From an uncultured Lachnospiraceae bacterium (lineage in GTDB: Bacteria; Bacillota; Clostridia; Lachnospirales; Lachnospiraceae): a DNA stretch of 41,330 nt. Shown here piece by piece: positions 9,396 through 17,212 of the stretch (its first letter is position 1; every line of letters starts with the position of its first letter). Location of the stretch: positions 1 to 41,330 of the forward strand of contig CADBUD010000076.1 in the NCBI GenBank assembly GCA_902797785.1, written 5' to 3'. Under the pieces are notes generated by a model. That model saw only the letters and a list, made by a program, of their open reading frames with translations. It did no database searches and was not told the origin of the DNA. Made by a program: the position numbers and the translations under genes.

Positions 9396-10286
9396 ATGAA
9401 GGGCATCATAAATGTCTGTAAGGAACCGGGCTATACCTCCCATGATGTGGTGGCAAAGCTTCGCGGAATTTTAAAAATGAAAAAAATCGGGCATACCGGG
9501 ACACTGGATCCGGACGCCCGTGGGGTATTACCGGTCTGTCTGGGCTCGGCGACGAAGGTGTGCGAACTTTTGACGGAGAAACAAAAGACCTATGAGACCA
9601 CTCTTCTTTTGGGCGTGGAAACGGATACGCAGGATAGCTCCGGAACGGTGATAAGGGAGCAGGATGTCCATGTGACATTAGAAGAGCTGCGTTCCGTCAT
9701 CGAAGGATTCCAGGGAGAGATCTGGCAGCTTCCGCCGATGTATTCGGCATGCAAGGTTCAGGGGAAACGGTTATATGAACTGGCCAGAGAGGGGAAGACC
9801 GTTGAGAGAAAGAAACGGAAGATTTTTATTTATGAACTGGAAATAAAAAAAATTGATCTTCCGCGGGTGGAGATGAAAGTCACCTGTTCGAAAGGGACCT
9901 ATATCCGTACCCTTTGCCATGATATTGGTCAGGCCTGTGGCTGCGGTGGTTGTATGGAACATCTGGTGCGGACTCGGGTAGATTGTTTTACGCTTCAGGA
10001 GGCAAAAACGCTTTCAGAAATCGAGCAGTGGAAGGCGCAGGGACGTCTCTTGGAATTGATTACCCCCATCGATCGTTTGTTTCAAGAGCTGCCTTCTTTC
10101 ACTGTCAGACCAGGCTTTGAAAAGTATGTGATCAATGGAAATCCGCTAAGAAAAGAATGGATGGATGAGCCATTTCTTGGAGTGGAGGAACAGGTCAGGA
10201 TTTATGATGAAACGAAGAGCTTTATTGGAATATATCATTATGAGGAAGAAAACCAATGGGTACGTCCGGTAAAGCGATTCCTATAA
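9396..10286 (+). CDS. truB: tRNA pseudouridine(55) synthase TruB
   Basis: ATG at 9396 follows GGGAAGGGAAAAG. Product has MKGIINVCKEPGYTSHDVV and HTGTLDPDARGVL (catalytic Asp motif). The ORF-track start at 9375 is a probable extension. Confidence 0.9.
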   Translation: MKGIINVCKEPGYTSHDVVAKLRGILKMKKIGHTGTLDPDARGVLPVCLGSATKVCELLTEKQKTYETTLLLGVETDTQDSSGTVIREQDVHVTLEELRSVIEGFQGEIWQLPPMYSACKVQGKRLYELAREGKTVERKKRKIFIYELEIKKIDLPRVEMKVTCSKGTYIRTLCHDIGQACGCGGCMEHLVRTRVDCFTLQEAKTLSEIEQWKAQGRLLELITPIDRLFQELPSFTVRPGFEKYVINGNPLRKEWMDEPFLGVEEQVRIYDETKSFIGIYHYEEENQWVRPVKRFL

Positions 10287-10296
10287 GGACAGAAGA

Positions 10297-11268
10297 ATGA
10301 AAAAACTTTTAAATTGGAAAAAAGGTCAGAAATTTCCGGATTCAGAACAGACGGTGATGACACTGGGAAAATTTGACGGCATTCATTTGGGTCATCAAAA
10401 GCTTCTGCGTCTGGCGAAGGAACGGGCCGAAGAGACAGGAGAGAAACTGGCAGTCTTTACATTTTCGAATTCTGCCTCTGCCCCGATGACACCAATTGCC
10501 TCAAAGCTTTTGACGACAGAAGAGGAACGGCAATGGATTTTTGAGAGCAGAGGGACGGATTATCTGATCGAAGCGTATTTTGATGAAACAATAAAAAGAA
10601 TGGAACCGGAGCAGTTTGTTGAAGCGATCTGTTCCGATTTTCATGTGACCGATTTTTTTATTGGCCCGGATTTTCGGTTTGGATATCAAAGGAGAGGAGA
10701 GGTATCTCTGCTTCGGCATTTGGGAGAACGCTATGGATATCAGGTACATGAAATTCCAAAAGAACAGCTGTATGAGGAAAAAATCAGCAGCAGTCGGATC
10801 CGGGCATGTATTGCGGAACACCGTATGAGAGAGGCAGAAGAACTTTTGGGACATCCCTATTTTGTGGATGGGCTCGTTGTCTATGGACAGCAGCTTGGGC
10901 GTACCATTGATATACCTACGGCTAATCTGCTCCCGGCGGTGGGAAAGCTTCTTCCGCCGAACGGAGCTTATCTTTCGAAAGTTGAGCTGGAGGATGGCAC
11001 TCAGTTCTATGGAATGACCAACATCGGATGTCGTCCGAGCGTCAGCGAAGGAAAACACCTTTCTATAGAAACAAACCTATTTGATTTTTCCGGGAATCTT
11101 TACGGAAAACATCTGCGTGTCATGTTATTGGATTTTTTGAGAAACGAGCAGAGATTTTCTTCCGTAGAGAAGCTGAAAGAGCAGATTGAACAGGATAAAA
11201 TAGAGGCAAAAAGGCGAATCAAAGATGGTTCGGTCAAAAAAAGGATGGCCGGTGCGGAAAAGAGATAG
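10297..11268 (+). CDS. ribF: bifunctional riboflavin kinase / FMN adenylyltransferase
   Basis: GKFDGIHLGHQKLL adenylyltransferase motif, and a C-terminal riboflavin kinase domain (IPTANL ... GMTNIG). Conserved position after truB. Confidence 0.9.
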   Translation: MKKLLNWKKGQKFPDSEQTVMTLGKFDGIHLGHQKLLRLAKERAEETGEKLAVFTFSNSASAPMTPIASKLLTTEEERQWIFESRGTDYLIEAYFDETIKRMEPEQFVEAICSDFHVTDFFIGPDFRFGYQRRGEVSLLRHLGERYGYQVHEIPKEQLYEEKISSSRIRACIAEHRMREAEELLGHPYFVDGLVVYGQQLGRTIDIPTANLLPAVGKLLPPNGAYLSKVELEDGTQFYGMTNIGCRPSVSEGKHLSIETNLFDFSGNLYGKHLRVMLLDFLRNEQRFSSVEKLKEQIEQDKIEAKRRIKDGSVKKRMAGAEKR

Positions 11269-11279
11269 GAGGAAACAGT

Positions 11280-12911
11280 ATGTCGATTTTTCTAGGGCTT
11301 CTTGGTGGATTGGGGTTGTTTTTGTTTGGAATGAACCTAATGAGCAAAGGCTTGGAAAATGCAGCAGGAGGAAAGCTTCGAGGAATTTTGGAAGTGCTGA
11401 CGACGAATCAGTTTCTGGGTCTGTTCGTCGGTATTGTATTTACTGCGGCAATTCAGTCTTCCAGCGCCATGACGGTCATTGCCGTCAGCTTTGTCAACTC
11501 CGGGATGATGACCTTAAATCAGGCGGCGGGAATTATTTTTGGCGCAAATATCGGTACGACAGTCACATCCCAGCTGGTCGCTTTTAATTTATCTGAGATT
11601 GCGCCGGTTTTTTTGTTTGCCGGTGTTGTGATGTCAACGTTCATGAAAAACAACCGAGTCCAGAAGGTCGGGCAGATTGTTCTTGGATTTGGAATTCTGT
11701 TCATGGGATTGACGGAAATGTCTTCCGCAATGGAAAATATCAAAAATAATGAAACGCTGACCAATGTGCTGACTTCCCTCCACAGTCATCTTCTGGCGGT
11801 ATTGATCGGAACGGTCGTTACAGCTGTCATTCAAAGCTCCTCCGTTACCGTCAGTATCATTTTGTTGATGGCAAATCAGGGACTTTTGGAACTAAAAATT
11901 TGTTTCTTTATTATTTTGGGATGCAATATAGGAGCCTGTGCTTCAGCGCTTTTGGCTTCTCTTGCCGGAAAAAAGGATGCAAAGCGAGCTGCAATGATTC
12001 ACTTTTTATTCAACATCATTGGAAGTATTATTTTGTATCTTCTTTTGACCGTTGACATAGATCTGATCGAACAAATGATTCTTACGATTTCCGGGAACAA
12101 CATGGGGCGGTGTGTGGCCAATGCGCATACAGCATTTAAGATTTTTCAGGTCATCCTTTTGTTTCCATTCGCAAAGCAGATCGTCAAGTTGACCTATTTG
12201 ATCATACCCGGAGAGGACAAGCAGCAGGAGGAAGAATTTTATCTGGAGTATATTGGAGATAATGCGATTTTCTCCCCGACACTTGCTACAACGGAGGCAA
12301 TCAAAGAAATTGAGCGGATGGCTCACATGGCAAAGGCCAACGTGAACCGGGGCGTGCAGGCATTGATGACGATGGATGAGAGAACCATCCAAAAGGCACA
12401 TAAAACTGAACGCCAGATTGACTATCTTGACCGGGAAATTACAGATTATCTGGTCAGAATCAATCAGATGACGATTCCGACCTCAGACCAGAACCGCCTT
12501 GGGGCACTGCTTCATGTGGTAAATGATATCGAGCGAATCGCGGATCATGCGGATAATGCTGTCAAGGCGGCAGAGCTTCGCATGGAAAAAGGCTTTTCAT
12601 TTTCCAAAAAAGCGGTCAAGGAGCTGAAAGAGATCACGGCATTGGTGGATCAGATTTTTGATTATGCGATCATAACGTTTGTAGAAAATACACAGGAGCA
12701 TCTATCGGAAATTTCCAGGCTGGAGGAGGAAATCGACCAAAAGGAAAGGGAAATTCAGCGTGCCCATGTAAAACGGATTCAAAAGAAAAAATGCTCCCCG
12801 GATGCCGGCATGATCTATACGGATATCATTTCAGGAATGGAACGGATGGCAGATCATGCGGTCAGCATGTCCTTTGCGATTGCTGAAGAAGATACGGTAT
12901 TTGACAAATAA
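11280..12911 (+). CDS. Na/Pi cotransporter family protein with C-terminal PhoU-like repeats
   Basis: 543 aa with GGAGG RBS. Two Na_Pi_cotrans repeats (AIQSSSAMTVI, VIQSSSVTVSI) and two PhoU-like helices (NDIERIADHADN, SGMERMADHAVS). Confidence 0.85.
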   Translation: MSIFLGLLGGLGLFLFGMNLMSKGLENAAGGKLRGILEVLTTNQFLGLFVGIVFTAAIQSSSAMTVIAVSFVNSGMMTLNQAAGIIFGANIGTTVTSQLVAFNLSEIAPVFLFAGVVMSTFMKNNRVQKVGQIVLGFGILFMGLTEMSSAMENIKNNETLTNVLTSLHSHLLAVLIGTVVTAVIQSSSVTVSIILLMANQGLLELKICFFIILGCNIGACASALLASLAGKKDAKRAAMIHFLFNIIGSIILYLLLTVDIDLIEQMILTISGNNMGRCVANAHTAFKIFQVILLFPFAKQIVKLTYLIIPGEDKQQEEEFYLEYIGDNAIFSPTLATTEAIKEIERMAHMAKANVNRGVQALMTMDERTIQKAHKTERQIDYLDREITDYLVRINQMTIPTSDQNRLGALLHVVNDIERIADHADNAVKAAELRMEKGFSFSKKAVKELKEITALVDQIFDYAIITFVENTQEHLSEISRLEEEIDQKEREIQRAHVKRIQKKKCSPDAGMIYTDIISGMERMADHAVSMSFAIAEEDTVFDK

Positions 12912-12929
12912 AGGGTTTCGTGCTATAAT
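12901..12929 (+). promoter_or_regulatory. consensus sigma-A promoter overlapping the stop codon of the Na/Pi gene
   Basis: TTGACA (12901-12906), exactly 17 nt, TGcTATAAT (12921-12929). This is a perfect -35 and -10 plus an extended -10 TG. Confidence 0.55.
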
Positions 12930-12966
12930 CTCGTACCAAATATTACAGATATATTACAAAAAAATT

Positions 12967-12994
12967 AAATATAACAGATTTTACTGTTATATTT
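12967..12994 (+). terminator. AT-rich 11-bp hairpin (weak terminator of the Na/Pi gene or a leader structure)
   Basis: AAATATAACAG (12967-12977) / CTGTTATATTT (12984-12994) with a 6-nt loop. Only a poor U-tract follows (ATCAATAAT). It lies downstream of the 12901 promoter. Confidence 0.35.
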
Positions 12995-13021
12995 ATCAAT
13001 AATCAGGGAAGAATCATTGAT

Positions 13022-13054
13022 ATAGGAAACGAATTGATTTGTTTCCTATAAGTT
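13022..13054 (+). repeat. 33-nt hairpin repeat, copy 1 (second copy at 40303-40335)
   Basis: ATAGGAAACGAAT-TGATTT-GTTTCCTATAAGTT. 30 of 33 nt are identical to 40303-40335. Arms ATAGGAAAC / GTTTCCTAT form the stem. Confidence 0.8.
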
Positions 13055-13124
13055 CATTTCACAGCCGATGTTCCTATTCAAGTGGTTTCGGCTGTTTACC
13101 AGGAATCAAGGTACGGGAGGAATT

Positions 13125-14363
13125 ATGGTTAGAAATTTAAAGAGAAAACGATATCTGTTGGCCGCGTTGACCGGAGGACTTGTAATTTCAGCTTCCGTGG
13201 GCGTCTGTTTTCCAATGGTCCGGGCGGCAGGAAAGACAGAGGTTTTACTGACGGGAGAAATGCTGCCCGCCCGCCCGAATATCATGGAGGGCTTAACAGC
13301 CGGAATCGGAGAGGAAATCCTGCGCATGATGGAAGAGCCGGCAAGGGTGACAGTAAATCAGTCTGACAAAAAAGAAATAGAAGAAACTAAAAACGAGGTC
13401 TCGTCAGGGGCGGCAGAAGATTCATCAAAGAAATCTGTAAATGACGCATCCGGGCAGGAGATGGAAGAAGAGCAGGAGAAAGCAGAACAGGTCGAAGCGG
13501 ATTCCTTCTTTCCAGAGCAGGAAAACGAGAATCCGGCAGAGGAAATCAGCGGTTTTGATGAACTTGGCATGCCGAAGGTGGAGGATTATTTAAACATCAG
13601 GATAGAGCCATCGGAGGAAGCGGAGATTGCCGGACATCTGAATAAAGGCTCCGGCTGTGAAATCATAGAAGAAGAAGAGGAATGGACGAAAATTCGTTCC
13701 GGTGAGATCGAAGGATATGTAAAAAATGAATATCTTCTGACCGGAACAGAGGCTTCTAAAGAAGCAGAAGAATTTGCGCAGGAGGTTGCCGTCATTCAGG
13801 CAGATACTCTGAATGTAAGAAAAAAAGCCTCCCAGGACTCAAAGGTCATTTCCCAGGTGGATGAGGGAGAAACGATTTCCTGCCTTTCCGTGGATGACGG
13901 TTGGGCAGAGGTGGAAATTGATGACACCAAAGGATATGTCAGTGCAGATTATATCTCTGTGGAAAAGACATTGGAAAAAGCCGTGTCAGCAGAAGAAACC
14001 GGGGGTGCAGGAGAACAGCTCGTATCGGCAGCCTGCAGCTATATTGGAAATCCCTATGTCTGGGGCGGGACAAGCCTGACAGATGGAATTGACTGTTCCG
14101 GGTTTACCATGCAGCTTTATGCAGCATATGGCATCGACCTTCCACATTATTCCGGAGCACAGGCCGAATGTGGGAGAGAAATTTCCGTAGATGAGCTGCT
14201 TCCGGGAGATTTGATTTTTTATGCAGATGGAGAGGGAACCATCAATCATGTTTCTATTTATATGGGAGATGGAATGGTAGTCCATGCAAAAAACTCCCGG
14301 GAGGGGATTACAACCACGGATATGTATTACCGGTCACCGGTAAAGATGATTCGTTTGTTTTAA
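13125..14363 (+). CDS. secreted SH3b-domain NlpC/P60 peptidoglycan endopeptidase
   Basis: ATG at 13125 follows GGGAGGA. Signal peptide MVRNLKRKRYLLAALTGGLVISASVGVCFPMVRAAG, then an acidic linker and two SH3b-like modules (YLNIRIEPS...GYVKNEYL; LNVRKKAS...GYVSADYI). The C-terminal NlpC/P60 domain has catalytic DCSGF and HVSIYMG...VHA. Confidence 0.85.
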   Translation: MVRNLKRKRYLLAALTGGLVISASVGVCFPMVRAAGKTEVLLTGEMLPARPNIMEGLTAGIGEEILRMMEEPARVTVNQSDKKEIEETKNEVSSGAAEDSSKKSVNDASGQEMEEEQEKAEQVEADSFFPEQENENPAEEISGFDELGMPKVEDYLNIRIEPSEEAEIAGHLNKGSGCEIIEEEEEWTKIRSGEIEGYVKNEYLLTGTEASKEAEEFAQEVAVIQADTLNVRKKASQDSKVISQVDEGETISCLSVDDGWAEVEIDDTKGYVSADYISVEKTLEKAVSAEETGGAGEQLVSAACSYIGNPYVWGGTSLTDGIDCSGFTMQLYAAYGIDLPHYSGAQAECGREISVDELLPGDLIFYADGEGTINHVSIYMGDGMVVHAKNSREGITTTDMYYRSPVKMIRLF

Positions 14364-14370
14364 AAACTGC

Positions 14371-14399
14371 TTTACATTTATGTCTTTGGATGTTATACT
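14371..14399 (+). promoter_or_regulatory. sigma-A promoter of rpsO-pnp
   Basis: TTTACA (14371-14376), 17 nt, TGtTATACT (14391-14399). Followed by a ~125-nt leader with hairpins. Confidence 0.55.
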
Positions 14400-14530
14400 A
14401 AGTAGCGTGTGAAAAGCCCACACTCAGTTTGCAGGATACTCCAGCCGCAGACTTAGTGATGGTATCCTGTTTCTAAAGAGATACCGGGCGTTTACAAATA
14501 AAATCATATATAATCAAGGAGGAAATCACA

Positions 14531-14797
14531 ATGATTAGCAAGGAAAGAAAAGAAGAAATCATGAAAGAGTATGGCAGAACAGCAGGAGATACTGGTTCGC
14601 CGGAGGTACAGATTGCATTATTGACAGCACGGATTCAGGAGCTGACAGAGCATTTAAAGATTCATCAGAAGGATCATCATTCCAGACGTGGATTATTAAA
14701 AATGGTAGGTCACAGACGTAGATTGTTAGCATATCTGAAAAAAGTGGATATTGAGAGATATCGTAGCTTGATCGAGCGTTTAGGACTTAGAAAATAA
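14531..14797 (+). CDS. rpsO: 30S ribosomal protein S15
   Basis: 88 aa with AAGGAGG RBS. Sequence ...[51 protein letters not shown] is canonical S15. Confidence 0.95.
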   Translation: MISKERKEEIMKEYGRTAGDTGSPEVQIALLTARIQELTEHLKIHQKDHHSRRGLLKMVGHRRRLLAYLKKVDIERYRSLIERLGLRK

Positions 14798-14823
14798 CAG
14801 GCTGAGGATTAAGGAGAAAAAAG

Positions 14824-16920
14824 ATGTACAAAAGTTTTTCAATGGAGCTTGCAGGGCGTACTCTGACAGTAGATGTTGGAAGAGTCGCAAAGCAGGCGAA
14901 TGGTGCAGCATTTATTCACTACGGTGACACCACCGTTTTATCGACAGCCACAGCATCAGAAAAACCTCGGGAGGGAATCGATTTCTTTCCACTGAGCGTA
15001 GAGTATGAAGAAAAGATGTACTCCGTAGGGAAAATTCCGGGAGGATTTAATAAGAGAGAAGGAAAAGCATCAGAAAATGCCATCCTGACCTCACGCGTGA
15101 TCGATCGGCCAATGCGACCACTGTTTCCAAAGGATTATCGGAATGATGTCACGTTAAATAATCTTGTCATGAGCGTGGATCCGCTCTGCAGCCCTGAGCT
15201 GACGGCGATGCTTGGCTCTGCGATTGCAACTGCGATTTCAGATATTCCGTTTGATGGACCGACAGCGACGACACAGGTCGGACTGATAGATGGTGAGTTT
15301 ATCATCAATCCGACGGCAGAGCAGCAGATGATTTCTGATCTCGCACTGACCGTGGCTTCCACAAAAGAAAAGGTCATTATGATCGAGGCGGGAGCCAATG
15401 AAATAAAAGAGGACAAAATGATCGAAGCGATTTATATGGCACATGAGGTCAATCAGTCGATCATTGAGTTTACAGAAAAAATCGTTGCAGAATGTGGAAA
15501 AGAAAAGCATTCCTACACGAGTTGTGCTGTTCCTCAGGAATTATTCGATGCGATGTATGAAATCGTAACACCGGAGGAAATGGAAACAGCAGTTTTCACG
15601 GATGAAAAGCAGGTTCGTGAAGAAAATATCCGACAGATCAAAGAAAAGCTGGCAGAAGCTCTGAAAGAGAACGAGGAGTGGCTGGAGCTGTTGGATGAAG
15701 CCGTTTACCAGTATCAGAAAAAGACCGTTCGTAAGATGATCTTAAAGGATAGAAAACGTCCGGATGGAAGAGATATCAAGGAGATTCGCCCATTAGCTGC
15801 AGAAATTGATATTATTCCAAGAGTTCATGGTTCTGCCATGTTTACCAGAGGTCAGACACAGATCTGTACGGTCACGACGCTTGCGCCGCTTTCTGAGTCT
15901 CAGAAAATTGACGGTCTGAATGTGTTAAAGACGTCCAAACGTTATATGCATCATTATAATTTCCCGTCCTACTCTGTAGGAGAAACAAAACCGTCAAGAG
16001 GTCCGGGAAGAAGAGAAATCGGACATGGAGCCTTGGCAGAGCGTGCCTTAGTTCCGGTTCTTCCGTCCGAAGAGGAATTTCCATATGCGATACGTACCGT
16101 ATCAGAGACATTCGAGTCTAACGGCTCTACATCTCAGGCAAGTATTTGTGCTTCCAGTATGTCCCTGATGTCAGCCGGTGTTCCAATCAAAAAACCGGTT
16201 GCCGGAATTTCTGCCGGTCTCGTAACAGGAGAGACGGATGATGATTATATCGTCCTGACCGATATTCAGGGTCTGGAGGATTTCTTTGGAGATATGGATT
16301 TTAAGGTTGCCGGAACACGTGATGGAATCACGGCAATCCAGATGGATATCAAGATCCATGGATTGACACGTCCAATTGTAGAGGAGGCAATCAGCCGCAC
16401 AAGGGAAGCCAGAATGTATATTCTGGATGAAATCATGGACAAGGCAATCTCAGCACCGCGTGATCATGTAGGAGAGCTTGCGCCAAAAATCGTTCAGATT
16501 CAGATTGATCCGGATAAGATTGGTGAAGTGGTCGGACAGAGAGGAAAGACAATCAGCGAAATTATTGAGCGGACTGATACGAAGATCGATATTACAGATG
16601 ATGGTTCAGTTTCTGTATGCGGAGTGGATAAAGAAAGCATTGATCAGGCTGTCGAGATGATTGAAATCATTACGACAGATTATGAGCAGGGACAGATTTT
16701 CAAGGGCAAGGTTGTCAGCATTAAAGAGTTTGGTGCATTTATTGAATTTGCTCCTGGAAAAGAAGGAATGGTTCATATTTCTAAGATCTGCCGTGAGAGA
16801 ATCAATCATGTAGAGGATGTCCTTACCCTGGGAGATGAAGTGACGGTAATCTGTATGGGAAAAGACAAGATGGGAAGATTTTCTTTCAGCATCAAAGATG
16901 TGCCAAAGGATCAAAGATAA
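14824..16920 (+). CDS. pnp: polyribonucleotide nucleotidyltransferase (PNPase)
   Basis: 698 aa with two RNase PH domains, a KH domain (IGEVVGQRGKTISEI) and an S1 domain (GKVVSIKEFGAFIEF). Starts 26 nt after rpsO. Confidence 0.95.
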   Translation: MYKSFSMELAGRTLTVDVGRVAKQANGAAFIHYGDTTVLSTATASEKPREGIDFFPLSVEYEEKMYSVGKIPGGFNKREGKASENAILTSRVIDRPMRPLFPKDYRNDVTLNNLVMSVDPLCSPELTAMLGSAIATAISDIPFDGPTATTQVGLIDGEFIINPTAEQQMISDLALTVASTKEKVIMIEAGANEIKEDKMIEAIYMAHEVNQSIIEFTEKIVAECGKEKHSYTSCAVPQELFDAMYEIVTPEEMETAVFTDEKQVREENIRQIKEKLAEALKENEEWLELLDEAVYQYQKKTVRKMILKDRKRPDGRDIKEIRPLAAEIDIIPRVHGSAMFTRGQTQICTVTTLAPLSESQKIDGLNVLKTSKRYMHHYNFPSYSVGETKPSRGPGRREIGHGALAERALVPVLPSEEEFPYAIRTVSETFESNGSTSQASICASSMSLMSAGVPIKKPVAGISAGLVTGETDDDYIVLTDIQGLEDFFGDMDFKVAGTRDGITAIQMDIKIHGLTRPIVEEAISRTREARMYILDEIMDKAISAPRDHVGELAPKIVQIQIDPDKIGEVVGQRGKTISEIIERTDTKIDITDDGSVSVCGVDKESIDQAVEMIEIITTDYEQGQIFKGKVVSIKEFGAFIEFAPGKEGMVHISKICRERINHVEDVLTLGDEVTVICMGKDKMGRFSFSIKDVPKDQR

Positions 16921-16963
16921 AAGAACTGTGGCATTTTATGACAGGAAAAATAGAAAAAATAGG

Positions 16964-16994
16964 AAGCTTCCGGTATTTGCCCGGAAGCTTTTTT
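16964..16994 (+). terminator. Rho-independent terminator after pnp
   Basis: AAGCTTCCGG / CCGGAAGCTT 10-bp stem, 7-nt loop, then TTTTTT. Confidence 0.8.
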
Positions 16995-17062
16995 CGCTTA
17001 TTACGATTTACCGTAGGACAATTTTATAAATAGTAACAAACATTTTTAAAATATAAAAAAAC

Positions 17063-17095
17063 AATGAAAACATAATGAAAACACAATGAAAACAC
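17063..17095 (+). repeat. 3 x 11-nt tandem direct repeat AATGAAAACA(Y)
   Basis: AATGAAAACA occurs at 17063, 17074 and 17085, an exact 11-nt period. It lies just upstream of the candidate promoter of the 2269-aa gene. Confidence 0.85.
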
Positions 17096-17104
17096 AAAAA
17101 GTGA

Positions 17105-17133
17105 TTGTATTTACAAAAAAAATGTGATAAAGT
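17105..17133 (+). promoter_or_regulatory. candidate sigma-A promoter of the giant surface-protein gene
   Basis: TTGTAT (17105-17110), 17 nt, TGaTAAAGT (17125-17133). The hexamers are weak. Confidence 0.3.
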
Positions 17134-17212
17134 TAAGTTGAAAATTTTATACTAATGTCAAAAACCAAATATGAAATGAAAAAAAGAAAAGAATAGAAGG
17201 GATGGAAGGGGT

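Noticed and set aside
11225-11587. 120-aa ORF bridging the ribF end and the start of the Na/Pi transporter gene
   Set aside because: It overlaps two well-supported genes in a different frame and has no RBS or recognisable features.
13101-13122. GGAATCAAGGTACGGGAGGAAT resembles, from memory, the GAAUC...GGUACGGAGGAAC core of the ydaO/c-di-AMP riboswitch, which is known to precede NlpC/P60 genes
   Set aside because: The segment coincides with the RBS and start codon. There is no hairpin between AAUC and UACGG, no second pseudo-symmetric half and no closing P1. A covariance-model scan would be needed to revive this idea.
13068-13124. 5' extensions of ORF-track entries (2379-2444, 9375-9395, 13068-13124, 25192-25260, 34162-34221, 36622-36708, 37165-37194)
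   Set aside because: In each case an internal ATG with a good Shine-Dalgarno gives the canonical N-terminus or signal peptide. The extension has no RBS, or runs through hairpins, terminators or the upstream gene.
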